Below the pieces are notes generated by a model, which did no database searches, was not told the DNA's origin, and worked only from the letters and a program-made list of their open reading frames with translations. A stretch of DNA of 64,000 bases from Mobula hypostoma. Taxonomy: Eukaryota. The translations under genes were made by a program, and so were the position numbers. The stretch is from positions 55,864,001 to 55,928,000 of the forward strand of contig NC_086097.1 in NCBI RefSeq assembly GCF_963921235.1, in the 5' to 3' direction. Shown here one piece after another: positions 1 to 14,064 of this stretch (position 1 is its first letter; each line of letters starts with the position of its first letter).

Positions 1-300
1 GGGATGGTTTGAGTATCTCAAAAACAGCTGACCTCCTGGGATATTCACACACAACAGTCTCTGCAGTTTACAGAGGACGGTGCGAGAAACAAAAAAAACC
101 CAGTGAGCAGCAGTGTTGTGGGTGGAAGATGAGAGGAAAATGGCCAGACTGGTTCAAGCTTACAGGAAGGCGACAGTAACTCAGATAACAATGTGTTGCA
201 ACAGTGGTGTGCAGAAGAACATCTCTGAATGCTCAACACATCGAACCCTGAAGTGGATGGGCTACAGCAGCAGAAGATCACGAACATACACTCAATGGTA
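1..300 (+). mobile_element. Tc1-like non-autonomous DNA transposon fragment (runs off the window start)
   Basis: ORF 113-370 (ERKMARLVQAYRKATVTQIT...ISECSTHRTLKWMGYSSRR) resembles the Tc1 transposase DNA-binding region. Similar to the copies at 41.6 kb and 63.7 kb. Confidence 0.8.
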
Positions 301-594
301 CAGGGCAAAATATCACATAGCTCTTCCTGTGGATGGTTCAGCTGATACGTATGCTCAGCAAAGTGCTTGATTCATTTGTGGCCCTGCCAAAGATTCTATA
401 AGCAATTCAGAATCTATAGGTAGCGGGGGGACTTGGTTGCTTCCACACCCAAGCATAATGGCCAGCACCTCAGATTTAATTCCAGCCCTATGGAGGCTAC
501 CTGATACTGTGTTGCTGCTATGGAATCTTAAGCTTATGCCTCGTGAGTACAGACTGTGAGATCTCTCTCTCTCTCTCTCTGGCTATCCACCCCA

Positions 595-1020
595 TAAAAT
601 GATGATGGTTCCTTTCAGTAGAAAGGAACAGTGTGTGCATGAATGGATTTTAGGTGAGTAAGGGGTTGCACAGGTCCAGACCCACCCTCTCGACATCCCC
701 TCCCGGATCCAGCGGCATGGTGGGGTCCAAGACGGCTGGGGGACGTTCTGTTGCAGTGAATGGCCAGACCAAGCTTCGATGCATGGGACTCCCTTTCCGC
801 GCTTCATGGCACGTGTTTGCTAGATGGCTGTTGACCCTACAAGATGGTTCATCCGCCCTTTGACAGGTCTTGTTTTTCGTCCTGCAGGGTGTCTAGCCAC
901 CCTCCTCACCAGGCGAGCCTGGTAGGAGAGCCGGTTTAGTCGCCAACCACCCGACCATGAGCACCATGAATCTGGATGCCAGTGGGGGCTGAAGGGTACC
1001 TCTGCCAGAGCCACAGTTCA
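595..1020 (-). mobile_element. GC-rich interspersed repeat, possibly derived from an RTE-clade 5' region
   Basis: Abrupt GC/CpG-rich block next to a (CT)n tract, with several hairpins. The family assignment rests on resemblance only. Confidence 0.35.
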
Positions 1021-1147
1021 CAGACTGGGAGGATTGATGGCTCCATGAAAAACAAAACCTGCCCCTGTCCTCAGCAGGAAAGTGCTCATGGTTCCATTGC
1101 CACTAAGCAAGTTCAGCTGTTTATCTGAAAGCAAATAACTAGGGCAA

Positions 1148-2535
1148 TTAGAACATAGAACATAGAAAGCCTACAGCACAATACAGGCCCTTTGGCCCAT
1201 AAAACTGTGCCGAACATGTCTTTACCTTAGAAATTAGCTAGGGTTACCCATAGCCCTCTATTTTTCTAAGCTCCATGTACCTATCCAGGAATCTATTAAA
1301 AGACCCTATTGTATCTGCCTCCACCACCGTCGCTGGCAGCCCATTCCACGCATTCACCACTCTCTGTGTAAAAAACTTACCCTGACATCTCCTCTGTATC
1401 TACTTTCAAGCACCTTAAAACTGCCCTCTTGTGCTAGCCAATTCAGCCCTGGGAAAAAGCCTCTGACAATCCACACGATCAGCGTCTCTCATCATCTTAT
1501 ACACCTCTATCAGGTCACCTCTCATCCTCCATTGCTCCAAGAAGAAAAGGCCGAGTTCACTCAACCTATTCTCATAAGGCATGCTCCCCAATCCAGGCAA
1601 TATCCTTGTAAATCTCCTCTGCACCCTTTCTGTGGTTTCCACATCCTTCCTATAGTGAGGTGACCAGAACTGAGCACAGTACTCCAAGCGGGATCTGACC
1701 AGGGTCCTATATAGCTGCAACATTACCTCTCAGCTCTTAAACTCAATCCCACAATTGATGAAAACCAATGCATCATATGCCTTCTTAACCACAGTCAACC
1801 TGCACAGCAGCTTTGGGTGTCCTATGGACTCGGACCCCAAGATCCCTCTGATCCTCCACACTGCCAAAAGCCTTACCATTAATACTACATTCTGCCATCA
1901 TATGTCACCTACCAAAATGAACCACTTCACACTTATCTGGGTTGAACTCCATCTGCCACTTCCCAGCCCAGTTTTGCATCCTATCAATGTCCCGCTGTAA
2001 CCTCTGACAGCCCTCCACACAATCCACAATACCCCCGATGTTTGTGTCATCAGCAAATTTACTAACCCATCCCTCCACTTCCTCATCCAGTCCATTTATA
2101 AAAATCATGAAGAGTAGGGGTCCCAGAACAGATTCCTGAGGCACACCACCGGTCACTGACCTCCATGCAGAATATGACCCATCTACAACCACTCTTTGCC
2201 TTTTGTTGGCAAGGCGGTTCTGTTTCCACAAAGCAATGTCCCCTTGGATCCTCTGCCTCCTTACTTTCTCAATAAACCTTGCATGGGGTACCTTATCAAA
2301 TGCCTTGCTGAAATCCATATACATGACATCTACTACTCTACCTTCATCAATGTGTTTAATCACATGCTCAAAAAATTCAGTCAAGCTCATAAGGCATGAT
2401 CTGCCTTTGACAAAGCCATGCTGACTATTCCTACTCATATTATGCCTCTCCAAATGTTCATAAATCCTGCTTCTCAGGATCTTCTCCATCAACTTACTAA
2501 CCACTGAAGGAAGTCTCACTGGTCTATAACTCTGA
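1148..2535 (-). mobile_element. 5'-truncated CR1 LINE (frameshifted RT)
   Basis: ORFs 1905-2564 (YRPV, DFSKAFD, GVPQESVLGP, FADD) and 1415-1723 (LEYCAQFWSP). Short tandem tail agaacat at ~1150-1168. Confidence 0.92.
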
Positions 2536-5500
2536 ATTCGTTTTTGTTGTTGTCTTTCAATCAATTAGAAGCCTTTTTGTTAGTTCTGCCAATGTTCTCC
2601 GTGGCTGTAGAAGCATGTACATGCTGCTGGAAAAGGTTTTTTTTTGCCGGAGAGAAACTTGTGAAGGTTTGACAGATAGGTCAGCCCACCCACCTTGGTA
2701 CACTGTTAAAAAATCTTACACAATATGTGGGACTCACTGTCAAAACTCTCCGTGGGTGACTTTAAGAAAGAAATGGTTGACCACCTCCTTAAACAATTTC
2801 AATCCACGTGGTGAACTTGCTTTAACAACTGACAATGAAGAAGTGGTAAAATAATTCAGAGTGGGTTGTAATTTGAGGGTAAAATGTGGGTGGTGGTGGT
2901 GTTCCCGTGTAGCTATTGCCCACACCAGATATCAGTCACTGAATAATTGGCAAGATGCTGCTGTTCACCCTGTCAGTGACACACACGAATCTGTGGAGCG
3001 TTGTGTGATCATTCAAGACATGGGTGGGAACAAGTAAAACTGCACATGCCAGAATTTTGAAACAGAAACAGAAATGCTGTTTTTGAAGAACGTCAAAACA
3101 GAAACATGGTTCCAAGAAAGAGTCATTGACTTGAAAAATTAAATGGTTGCTCTTTCCATAGATGCTAGTTGACTATTTCAGTTCTTCCAGAACTTCTGTT
3201 GATATTTAAGGACAAGGGGGGATTCCAATTAAGCAGGCTTCATTACCCTGAACTCTATTGAATTTCTTGAGTCTTCTTAAGTCTTTTTGGATCTTCTCTC
3301 ATCCAGGTAAATGAAGGATGTTTGATAATGCAATAGGTTTGACTCTTGTAGATGATGGTAAGTTTTTAAAGTGTCAGACGAATCCCTCACTACCGAAAAC
3401 TTTGCTTCTATTTCTATGGCTGGTTTAGATCATTTCCCTCTCAATATGCTGCTATTGAAGAATTCAGCAATAATGATGCCGATGAAGTTCGAGTGAAAGT
3501 GATCAGACTGTAATGGTGGAATTTGCTGGTGTGGCAAAGCCTGCTCCTAAATGATATCCTGGTCCTTCTGTATGTGGGAACAAACTACTTTGCTCTCTGA
3601 AGACCTGTAAATGGACCTGCGCACTGCACAATCATCAATGAACAAGCCAAGATGGGATAAAGGAGGTCAGGGCACTGATAAAGAAATTAGGCTAAGGCAT
3701 CTTCAGAAATGTTTAGCGGCCAACATGATTGACTTTCAAAACAATAGCCATCTTCTTACTTGTGATATATCACTCCCAAAGGAGAAATACCTTCTTAATT
3801 TCCATTGACTTCTGTTTGCTTGATTCCACAATTAGTCAAGTGTTACCATGTTGTCAAGGCCAGTCATTCTTACTTCAAGTATCTTTTGTTCATATGAGGA
3901 ACATGGCTCTCATTGTCCTGATTAGTGATGGCAAAACCTAAATCGATTATTAGGTCACAAGTTATTGATAAGGAATTGGCCTTTGATGACCTTATTGATG
4001 ATAGCACTTCCCTTTATATTGATATTATAGATCAGATTGGCTGAAGTAGTTTGGGATATGGAACACATTACTATGTCAGCAGCTGGAATATTGTTGGCAC
4101 TAATAAGTTCTGTTGTTTCATGTATGCTCAACTGCACGTTGAAATCATGTGGCATGAAGCAAATTGACTGAAGACTTCCTTCTGAATGGCAGGGGTGACA
4201 TCAAAATGTTGCTAATCAGCAAGTAAGATTGCAATGGAAACTTTGACATGCATTGCTGACACTTTGTCAGTATGCTTCAAAGAAACTTGGAATTCAGTTT
4301 CATCATAGGACAGAAACTACCAATTGATATAATCAAAAATCAATGTTTCAGTTTGAGCTTCTGTGTCATTTTCGTCTACCAAGAATAAATTACATCTTAC
4401 ATCAATTATTCATTTATATATATATGGAGTATATTGCTATGTAATGTGTCACTTCCTTCCCTATGGATAAATTAGAGAAGCATGAGGTGGTTATATAATT
4501 AATGAGGCAGAATTCATTAGGTGGAGCTAAATGCTCCACTGACTAACATAATGTTTATGAATAGAAAACGACTCCATTCTCTTAATATCCCTCCTCTTTG
4601 AAATCATCAACATCATCTTCATTCTTCTCTCATTATTCCAAATGATTTCTGCAGCCATCATTTCCATGTATATTGGTAACGTTGAATTCTCTTCTTGCCA
4701 GGATGGTTAGCATTCATAACCAAACAGTGTTACTAGGGTTTGACTTTAGTACAATAAGATAATCAGAAAACGTGGCCTTAATGGCTTTCTAAAATCATGT
4801 GGTTTGAGTTGCTTTCTGAATAATCAACCTTTCTCACAGATGATATCTTTGTTTCCTATCCACGTGTCTATGATGCTCAACTGGGATTCAAAACATACCA
4901 CATACGGTAAGGTTTTCTAACTCCCAGATAATTTATTATTATCATGTTTTAAATATTCAATTTAACAGAAAAAACTTAAAAGTAATGCCACTGCTACCTG
5001 ATATTTTTCGATAAAATTAATAACTGAAAAGACGACATTCAAGCACCTCATGGAATATGTCCCAAATGCATTGAAAATCATTGAAAGATTTCTCTTAAAT
5101 TGTAAAAGGTGCTGAAAAATTATAATTGCAGTAAATAGAAGTTATTATTTAATTATGTCCAGTCCTGTTGGTCTCGGCCTGAAATGCTGATTGTTTGTTT
5201 CCCTTCAAACATGCTCGCAGAGTTGTTCAGTTCCTTTAGCATTTTACATGTGTTGCACTTGATTTTCAGCATCTACAGAATTTCTTATATTTAATTATGT
5301 GAGATTATTATCTTTTAAGGTACCTGATTGTTGCTTTCATATTAACTAACATTTTATTCAAAATATCTACTTGATAGAGACACACAGAACATATATTAGA
5401 AATAACACAGATTAAGACAGATTGTACCTGTGTAACAATATATAATCCTTTCCCCTCTGGTTATATTTTTCTTGATCTTCATATAGAATTTATGTAATTC

Positions 5501-6389
5501 ACCCAAATTATACTGAATTAATATTTATATTCATTTTTGATATGACCAGTAGCTTGTATATCCTTTGAAATGGTTATACCAATTCTACATCACATGCAAT
5601 AAAATATCTTCAAAACTGATAACTCGTAATTTATACCAGGAAAGCAGAAATTTGTATGTCAATTTTAAATGTACGTCATTATGAAAACGTTCTAACAAAT
5701 TGTTACAGTATTTCACAATTTTGATACAGATGTTTTAAAAATTATAATAATCTAAAATTTAAAATACAAATAATTAGAACAGAATAATATAATTTTACAG
5801 AATTCTGTTGCAACATTTCTCAGTGCAGAATGGGACAAGTAATCAGATTTATCTCCATCAAATCTTTAGTAAGCATTATCGTACATACATCTTATAATCT
5901 TGCAATTTAAGTATTTTCACTCTGGAAATATATATTGCTCTCCCTCTTCTGTAACCTATTTTGATTTCTATGGGTCAAAAATTACTGGTAAAATAGAAAT
6001 ATAAACATTGTGTGGCACCATTTGAAATGATGAGCATAAATCTGTAATCATCTGCATTTTTTTATAATACAACTCAATATTATGTATATCTCCTTCAAGA
6101 ACAGCCCAATATCTTACTCAGTTGTAGTTATTTATTCAAAGTATGTTTTCGAAGTATTTTAATATACGCAAAATAGCAAATGTAATTTGCAAATTATTTT
6201 CTAATTATCAGCAAAATAAAATTCCAATATACGACAAAGTCTAAAATGCACACGTTCACATTGCCTATTCACACGTATGGTCAAGAGATATTGGCGCATT
6301 AGATATTATAGGCATGTTTACCACGCCGGGTATTTTTAGGTGTTCAAACATAAATATAGGAGATATGCGTCAAGTTCTTCCGCAAATCT

Positions 6390-6640
6390 TGCCTGTGAAA
6401 TTAAGGCAAAAAGCAACAAGGCAGGTTACTCTGGGTTTTGGGGAGCGCCTGGGCTCTAATCCTATAGTTCCACCTAATTAATTTCTCTTTTATAGAGCAG
6501 CATTTCATGATTGTATCTTGTTTGAAGGAGATTAGGAGTCGCACACTTCATTAGCAAGGTGTAAATGATCGGAGCCCCTCTCCATCCACCTGCCTAATTG
6601 GGTTAATGAAGTGTCTCCGCGGAATACGCTGCAGAAACAA
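6390..6640. promoter_or_regulatory. Candidate enhancer 3' of Otx2 (homeodomain-site cluster)
   Basis: TAATCC 6457-6462, TAATTAATT from 6475, AGATTAG ~6529-6535, CACCTG ~6587, CTAATTG 6594-6600, all in unique non-repetitive sequence. Confidence 0.4.
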
Positions 6641-9600
6641 ACCTCCCAATGCTCTCAGATTTACCGCTCTGAAACATCCAGTCCTTCAAATGCACAAACA
6701 CTGCACCACCTCACATCAGAGAGCGCAGCTTTACTTTTAAAATTCCAAATAATGAAAATAATCTGATGTTTACTAAATTTCATCAAACTCCATAATAATT
6801 ACTTTGCACTGGCTACAGTGAGTCACTTAAACCGAATCTACTTTTTGAATGAACTAGAGATTATCTATACAATTAATAGGAATTAGAGTACGAGTTAAAC
6901 CTGTTTCGTTTGTTTCAGAGCTGTTGGTTATATAACTGAGCAAACGTTTCCATCCGTCAACAACGTCTCAGTAACAAACGGAAACCATATGAGAAAAATT
7001 ATATGTTCGACTCAACAAAATACTGGAGCCCTTCTTATTCAAACTTTAACCAAAGATTCCGTAATTTAAACAGGCTCTTAATTTAGTATTTCCTAACCAA
7101 ACAACATTCATTATTGGCACAAAAACATCGATTTACGCTGGATTTACGGCGATGTTACTCTAGATTTCCAGTATCTGCAGAATCTCTTGTGTTTTGATTT
7201 ACACTGGATGCCAGATTAAATATAGATTACGAAATTATACGTTTTAAAGAAATATGTTTTGCCGCATCGGGCTTGTAATATTTTAATTAAGGTGGTTGAA
7301 AAATAATTCCGTCGAATTCACCTTTGTGTTCGTGCTCGGGACACTGCAATTGGTACAAACAACATTGTCTAACAGCAGGCTTTCTGTGTAATCGTTGTTT
7401 GCTATTTTATGGATGAAATCCTTTTTTAATAGCTGCAGTTTACCATCTTGAATCTCAGACATTCCTAGCAAAACAAAGCCTCCTTTCCACTTTCAGGGTT
7501 TATTCGGGAACCTGGATATTCACTGGCACAAACAACAAAATAAAATCGAAGGTCGATTAAGAACGCCGGATTTAAATTGCGACAAACTGATAAACAAGCA
7601 GTTTGAACAGATAAACAAAGCAGATTTTTTAAGCACTCCCACTTTCTGTATGTTTTAAGAGAATATTTTACCATACGCCATTAGAAGTTTGTAATCCGCA
7701 TCAAAGTAGGTTACAGTGATTTACATACACGGTTATATTTTAAGTAAAATCTCATAGAGTAAGAACATAAATGTATTGTGTCAATTTCGGGGCATGTGAT
7801 ATTTTTTCTAAAATTTGATCATCCGAGAGGGTTGTTGTTTTTAGTAGGCAATACACTCTGCAAAACATCGTCTTCCACTGGGATACACTTCAACTGTCAA
7901 GAAAGAAAGTGTTATTTGCTAATTTACAACGCATCAAAGTTGATTATAGATGTATTATAGCTCGTGACGCCACACCTTTGTTTGTGTTAAGGCGTTCAAA
8001 TGCAATTAGAGTGACAAGTCAATTCAATTTCTTAGGGGAAATGGTGCATTTACAGCAAGACGAACTTTACTGGAAACGATAGGAGCTGGAATTTGCGGGG
8101 CCAGCCGATGCGACCCCTGAGCCCAGAATGCTCCCCATGATGCCCGTGTTATGTATAACGTGAAGATCTCTTACTCGCGATGTGCTCTTGAAATCGAAAT
8201 ACTTATGCATTGAAAGTACTAAAATTCTGTCAAATCATAGTAATAATTCTCTTGATTGGCGAGTTAAAACGTAATCACTAAGATAGCAATCACACTGGTA
8301 ACACATTTTTCATTTTGCCTACCAATCCTAATTCAAACGATAAAAAATACAATGAGATAACTTGTGTATCAGGTATGACCCGTGAGGACATTGAAAACAA
8401 TTAACATGGATACAAGTGCAGGTTAAAATAAGCCGTCCCATTTCACTCGTCAACTCGACTGAAAAGCGTTATTTTCAGATACTGAAAACGAAAGAAACCG
8501 ATTTTGTCTTGATAATATTAAGATTATAAAATATCTTGTGAAATACATTATTTTAGCTCTGATAAGTCGTTCGTATTTTGAAACAATTAACCAAATACAC
8601 TCTTCGACATGTAACATATCTTTAGCTATTATGTGATTTGGACAGCAAATGCTTAAATGATGAATTCAGATTACGGTCCATCAAAATGCCATGACACAAT
8701 TCCTAGACAACACATCTGGCGAGAATCCATTACAAGGCTGTCCCTCTCCTATATAGATTCTCGGTGAAGATCTACCCTGCAACTGCGGGGAGATTGCTCC
8801 AAAGTAATGTCCACTTCATTATCTGCACGGGACGAGACTGCGAGTTATTTTGTTTACGGCGTTTCTAGTGATTATTCGATCAGTTACGGATTTAGTTTGC
8901 ACCAATAAATGGAAACGCCGTGTCGGAATATGAGCAAACCGGCAATGGATCAAAGCCCCACAAGGAGTTGTGATATTTGGTTAGAATTAACGCATTTCTA
9001 CCGCTAAAATATGGGCGGCGATATGTGTTTCCAGTCTACCTATTTCATTCAGAATCAGAGTATTGTATGGTTTTATAATTGGGGATGAATAACACTCCAA
9101 TGGCTGATAGTTTTATTCTGATACACAACTTTTAAAGCTATGAAATCGTGAAGAAATGAAGTAAGTTGCGCCTGTCCATGTTATTAACTTGTTAATGGAC
9201 AGGAGTCCTTGTTTGCAGGAGCGACTGAAAATTAAACGTCAATACGTCATACTTATTTTTGTTTAGTAAACAAATTAGAAAATATTGTTGGATAAAATGA
9301 CAGATGTCATGTGCCTGTGCATGTGGATTAGTCCGGGAAATTTGAGCGACCTAACATCATGTTAACAATGTTCACGTCGTTCCCCAGATGCGTCGGTTTC
9401 CTTCGGGCTGTAGTGACGGGGAATAATTTCGGTAGTAACGCCGATCATCGGACAGTTGAGTTACAGTTTTGTAACTCGGATGGAGATCGCGAGTTGTGGC
9501 GGGATGATAGGACTGCGACGGGAATTGGGTAATGGAGAGCCTTAGTGCCTTGCGATATTGAAGCGCACTCGGCTGCAACCCATCGACCATTGCAGTCTCT

Positions 9601-12600
9601 CTCCTCGCTGTGCCGCGGAAGAGGAGGAACGGTATTCTTTATCGGGTTCGTGGAAATAACATTTATAGAAGTATTCGTTTCCCGATTAAACGAAAATGTT
9701 CAAAATCAGCTGATGTTTTTGAGTCGGAAATGTCAAATTGCCGAATTTGGCTGGACCACTAATAAAAACGTTATATATTTACTTTAAACGCACATTCATA
9801 ATTTGATCAAATATCATTGCAAAATTCGGAAGTAACGTACTTTCGTATAAAATACACACAAGATTGGAAGCATGATGACGTGCCTACATAATGGTGGGAA
9901 AATGCATGAATATCTCCCGTTAGACGCTCATGTGTGCGGTGTGGCAAGACACCTACACATGCCAAGAGAGGCCAGTTTAAATAGAAAGACCGTGCACACA
10001 ACATGTTAGGCGGGTACTTGCGTAGTTTTATGATTGAAGAGATAACGTCGAATATTCGGGGGGGGGATAAGATAAAATGTGCTATTCTGCAGCCGTCTAG
10101 ATTAACAGGCGTACTGTTTAAGAAATACTTAATTGGCAAAGTGGCTTTTTGAAAAGGTGAATGAGATGATACATTCTGAACAGCCCTTCATTTTATCATA
10201 AACAGAACTGATTTTTAAAGTGCAACTTTTAACCGCAATTTGCTATTATTGTCTTTGTTTCATTATTGAAAGTTCATTTTCATTTATTTGCGTTTTTCAC
10301 AGGATCAAAGGAATTTCATCATTCCCCGAATTATTTTTTTGTTGTTGTTGGTACGGATCATTGTTTCCACAAACGTGTCAGGTCCTAATGTGCGCGCACT
10401 GTCCATTCCCGTCTGCCTTTCCGCCTGAAGTGCCTGCTTTTGTCACTGACTGACAACTTCAGTAGTTGGGAGAGCTGAACTCACCTTTTAGATATCATTT
10501 CAGATTCTGCGCTACAATTTGATTTTTTTTTCTAACTATGCAGCGTTGTCCCCCAGTTGAAGGATAGTAATGACAGCCGACTAGGTTATCGAACACCATG
10601 CTAACTTCCAGACATGCACAAATGAGGTTCACTGAATTTCTCTCAGACATTAGACTACCCCGTCATTTTAAATCATTCTATGAATGCCAGTCACCGTTGG
10701 ACATACCTGCGAATGTTTCGGTGATTGTGCACTTTGAACTGAAGGATACACTGTAATTTCTCCAATTAATTGGGTGTGCGATTATTGCCTATCGAGTAGG
10801 GAGAGAAAGCGAAACTTCAGATTCCACGATACATGCTTTTGGGGGAGATTTAGTGGTCTGTAGCTTGGGAACAGGAGCTCAGTCAGATTTCTGTTAATTG
10901 GCCTTTTTAGTCCAAAAATGCACCGACAGAAAATGAAGATTTAATGTTTAAATCCACTTTTAAACCCTCAATTTTTACCTTGGAATTCAATTTGCTTTTC
11001 TGTTCCTTCAGAGACTAGGAAAACATTTCCATCTTCCCTTGTAGTGACACTGGCCTCTCCTGCTGGGTCTAAGCGCTGACTGATCGGTGGATAACTCTTA
11101 AACAGGTTGCTGCTCTAAGTTAACATTAGTTTGCTGGAATTGCTGAGATCACAAGCATGTAAAGATAGCACTCCGACTATTGGTCCAATTACTTTCACTG
11201 TCGTTGTTCACAGCGATGAATCTTCTGCAAAATGTTAGCACAGTTTGATCACATATTACATAAGACGTAAGATTTGATTATTCATGGAAAGGCAGTCATG
11301 GATAAATGTTGCGCTTACATCATTAAATATACAACCTGGGGATTCTCATGGCCTGCGTTGCTTGCATAAAAATATAAACATTTAATTACGAAATATTCTA
11401 CAATTTCTTCAGTATTTTCAGTAAACGTGTTATCCGCTAATTATCAAACAGATATCCAAAAAGCGAACAATTCTATGTAGGCTGAAATAATCTGATTCGG
11501 ATAAAGATCAATAAGTGAACATTTCCTCATATCCAATATATAAAACTGCGTCTCGCGAGACCAGTCAACCGTGCGAAATTCAGGAAAGTTTTGCTACCCA
11601 GTATTTCCGCATAGATAGGTATATTAATTGTGTGTGGTGCTTAGTCATCAGATTCTGGACGGTCACACCTTATCCAGCCCTAAGGTAAAATGTAATAATA
11701 GCAATGACGAATTCATCTCTAGCTAAATAACCCATGTCCAAGATCTGTTTTCCACGGACGCTGAAATCATTATTGTTAAACTTACTATTCAAAATGTTGT
11801 GAGAATACTTTAAAATTATTTAATGTCCTGCTTATTTGTTTTATTGGACGCAATAGAACAAAGATTAAATGCCCACGACCCCACTTTATTGAGTGCACAA
11901 GGTTGCACATTGCAAAGCCTCATTGTCAGTGCTTACACCAATACAAGCAACGGGTTTTAGCTGAGGTAAATGCCAATTTCTAAACTGAAATCATACAATT
12001 TCGGATTATATCACTCTTTATGTCAAAATTGCCAGTTCCGCAGGTCAAATATGCCATGAAGAACTAACAGATTAAAGGCAAAATCTACTGGTCATCGGGA
12101 TTTCTATATTCAAGCGATCCGATGAAATGCCTTGGGGAGAGGGGGTATTTTCTTACTCTATGGGCGCTATCTAAATACAAGTTGTTGTTGTACACTTCGG
12201 AGCTGCAGGTTGTAGGCCAAAAAGGAACCGGAAGTCAGGCACAGCTGATACGATACAGTTAAAAACGACAGTCTTAAGCCCCAGATGTACCAACGTCTTA
12301 CAAGTATATATTGGAGTGCGAGTACTTGTGGGGGGAGGGGTGAGATGTAGGAAAGAGACAAACGGTCACGAAGGCAGAAACTCACCTGCCCAAACTATCC
12401 TTTCAAAGGCTGGCCACCACTCAACCACACCGACAGCGACGCTGGCATATACATACAGATGCGGGGCTAAGGAGGCGGGAAGGGTGGAGATTGAGAAATT
12501 ACAAAGGGTGATTACAATTTCCAGCTCTCTGTCTCCGAGTTTGTCGTTGCACACTCCGTTGTTTCGAAAAGTAATCGGACAAGCTTTTGAGGAGAAAAAA

Positions 12601-14058
12601 AATATGAAAACGGGGCAAGCCGAGAAGTGACAAGGATGATGACAGAAGCGGACTGTTCCTGCGAAAGTGCATCCAGTGATTCATATCATGTCGACGTATC
12701 GACAACAGCAACAATAAAACTGTTTTATGTAAAACTAATTATTTTTGTAAACTTCGGAGTGTGGGCTTGGTATGTCTGACCTGGTTTAAAGATCGTTGTT
12801 GCTGCTACATAAAGGAGGCCTCGTATAATCGAATGTCAGGCTCTTGGCGATTATTTGTAAGAATGATCGTCAAGGTTATTTCTACGAATTAAACGCATTT
12901 TTCTAATTCCAACGATTACAAAAGCGATCTTAAATTTGAAGCTACAACTGACAGTAAAATGATTTCAAATGAACGGATTGAGTTGATGCAGTAAGAGGTC
13001 GGAACCGACGAGAGAATATATGTTAACTGTATATGTATGCAGAACAGTTTAAACTTGCAATGCACTGTATTCTTAATTTCTAGTGCTTATCTTTTATTAT
13101 GAATTTTCATTAATCAGATAGATTTCGCCCCTCACCTCCTCCCCCCCCCCCCCCCCCGCCACCAGGCATCCCCCAGACTACCAGGAAATAGATCAAAAAG
13201 AATCGTTTTGAGTTAACTGGTCAGGAATCGGAGAGGAAGAGAAAGATTTTATAGATGCAGACTTTCGGAACTGGAGAAGTGTTCTTTAATGAATTACATT
13301 TATAATCAGTTTGATTTCCATTGACGTCTAGCTCTAGAATGTGTAGTAATAGGTAAAGGTTATGACCGTATTCGTGTTCCAGTACCATGCCCGAATCATT
13401 ATTTTATATTTTGCAAAGCACATTATATGTAACACCAGTGTGCAAATTTATCTTTTCAGAACACTGTTTATGATCCACATCCTTCAGATGGGATACTGGA
13501 ATATAGCTACTTCAAGGAGAATTACTGTCGTAATGATGCAAACAATGAATTTTGAAGCAGGCTAAACTGAAATTGCCGGAGAAGGGAGATTTGCTGTAAC
13601 AGCTGTACACTTTCGGAATATTTCCGTAAACTCGCTGATCCTTTCCCCATTTGGGGAAAGTTTGCACCAAACTAAATGCAGTACCCTTGGACAGGAAATA
13701 AGAAAATCGACGCTTTTTAACGCGGTATGCACAGTGTACTATGTGGATATACTTAGGCTCCATGATAGGAAATATATCAGTGTCTAGAATTTAGTTTGAA
13801 CGAGTTTTTGCCTCAAGTTACATTGTTTGCCTTCAGACACTTGGTATGTGCTGTCACCATAATGTAAGTCAAGACTGAGGCTAAGTCTGTATTATTACAT
13901 GTTAGGAAGTATACCTCGCACACGAAGGGCACACTAAACCCTCAATGAACAACTAAATCAGAAAAGTAACATAATAATGGATGGGACACAGTTTGTGGAA
14001 TTACTCTGAGAATGGACATGGGGAGTTATCACTAACCAGTTTAGCAGCAAAAGTAATA

Positions 14059-14064
14059 TTTATT
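14059..14064 (-). terminator. Candidate distal polyadenylation signal AATAAA
   Basis: Plus-strand tttatt at 14059-14064, at the end of an A-rich (U-rich in mRNA) UTR-like segment. Confidence 0.4.

Noticed and set aside
13141..13157. Poly-C tract as a functional G-quadruplex
   Set aside because: A simple homopolymer with no supporting context; its length is also unreliable in assemblies.
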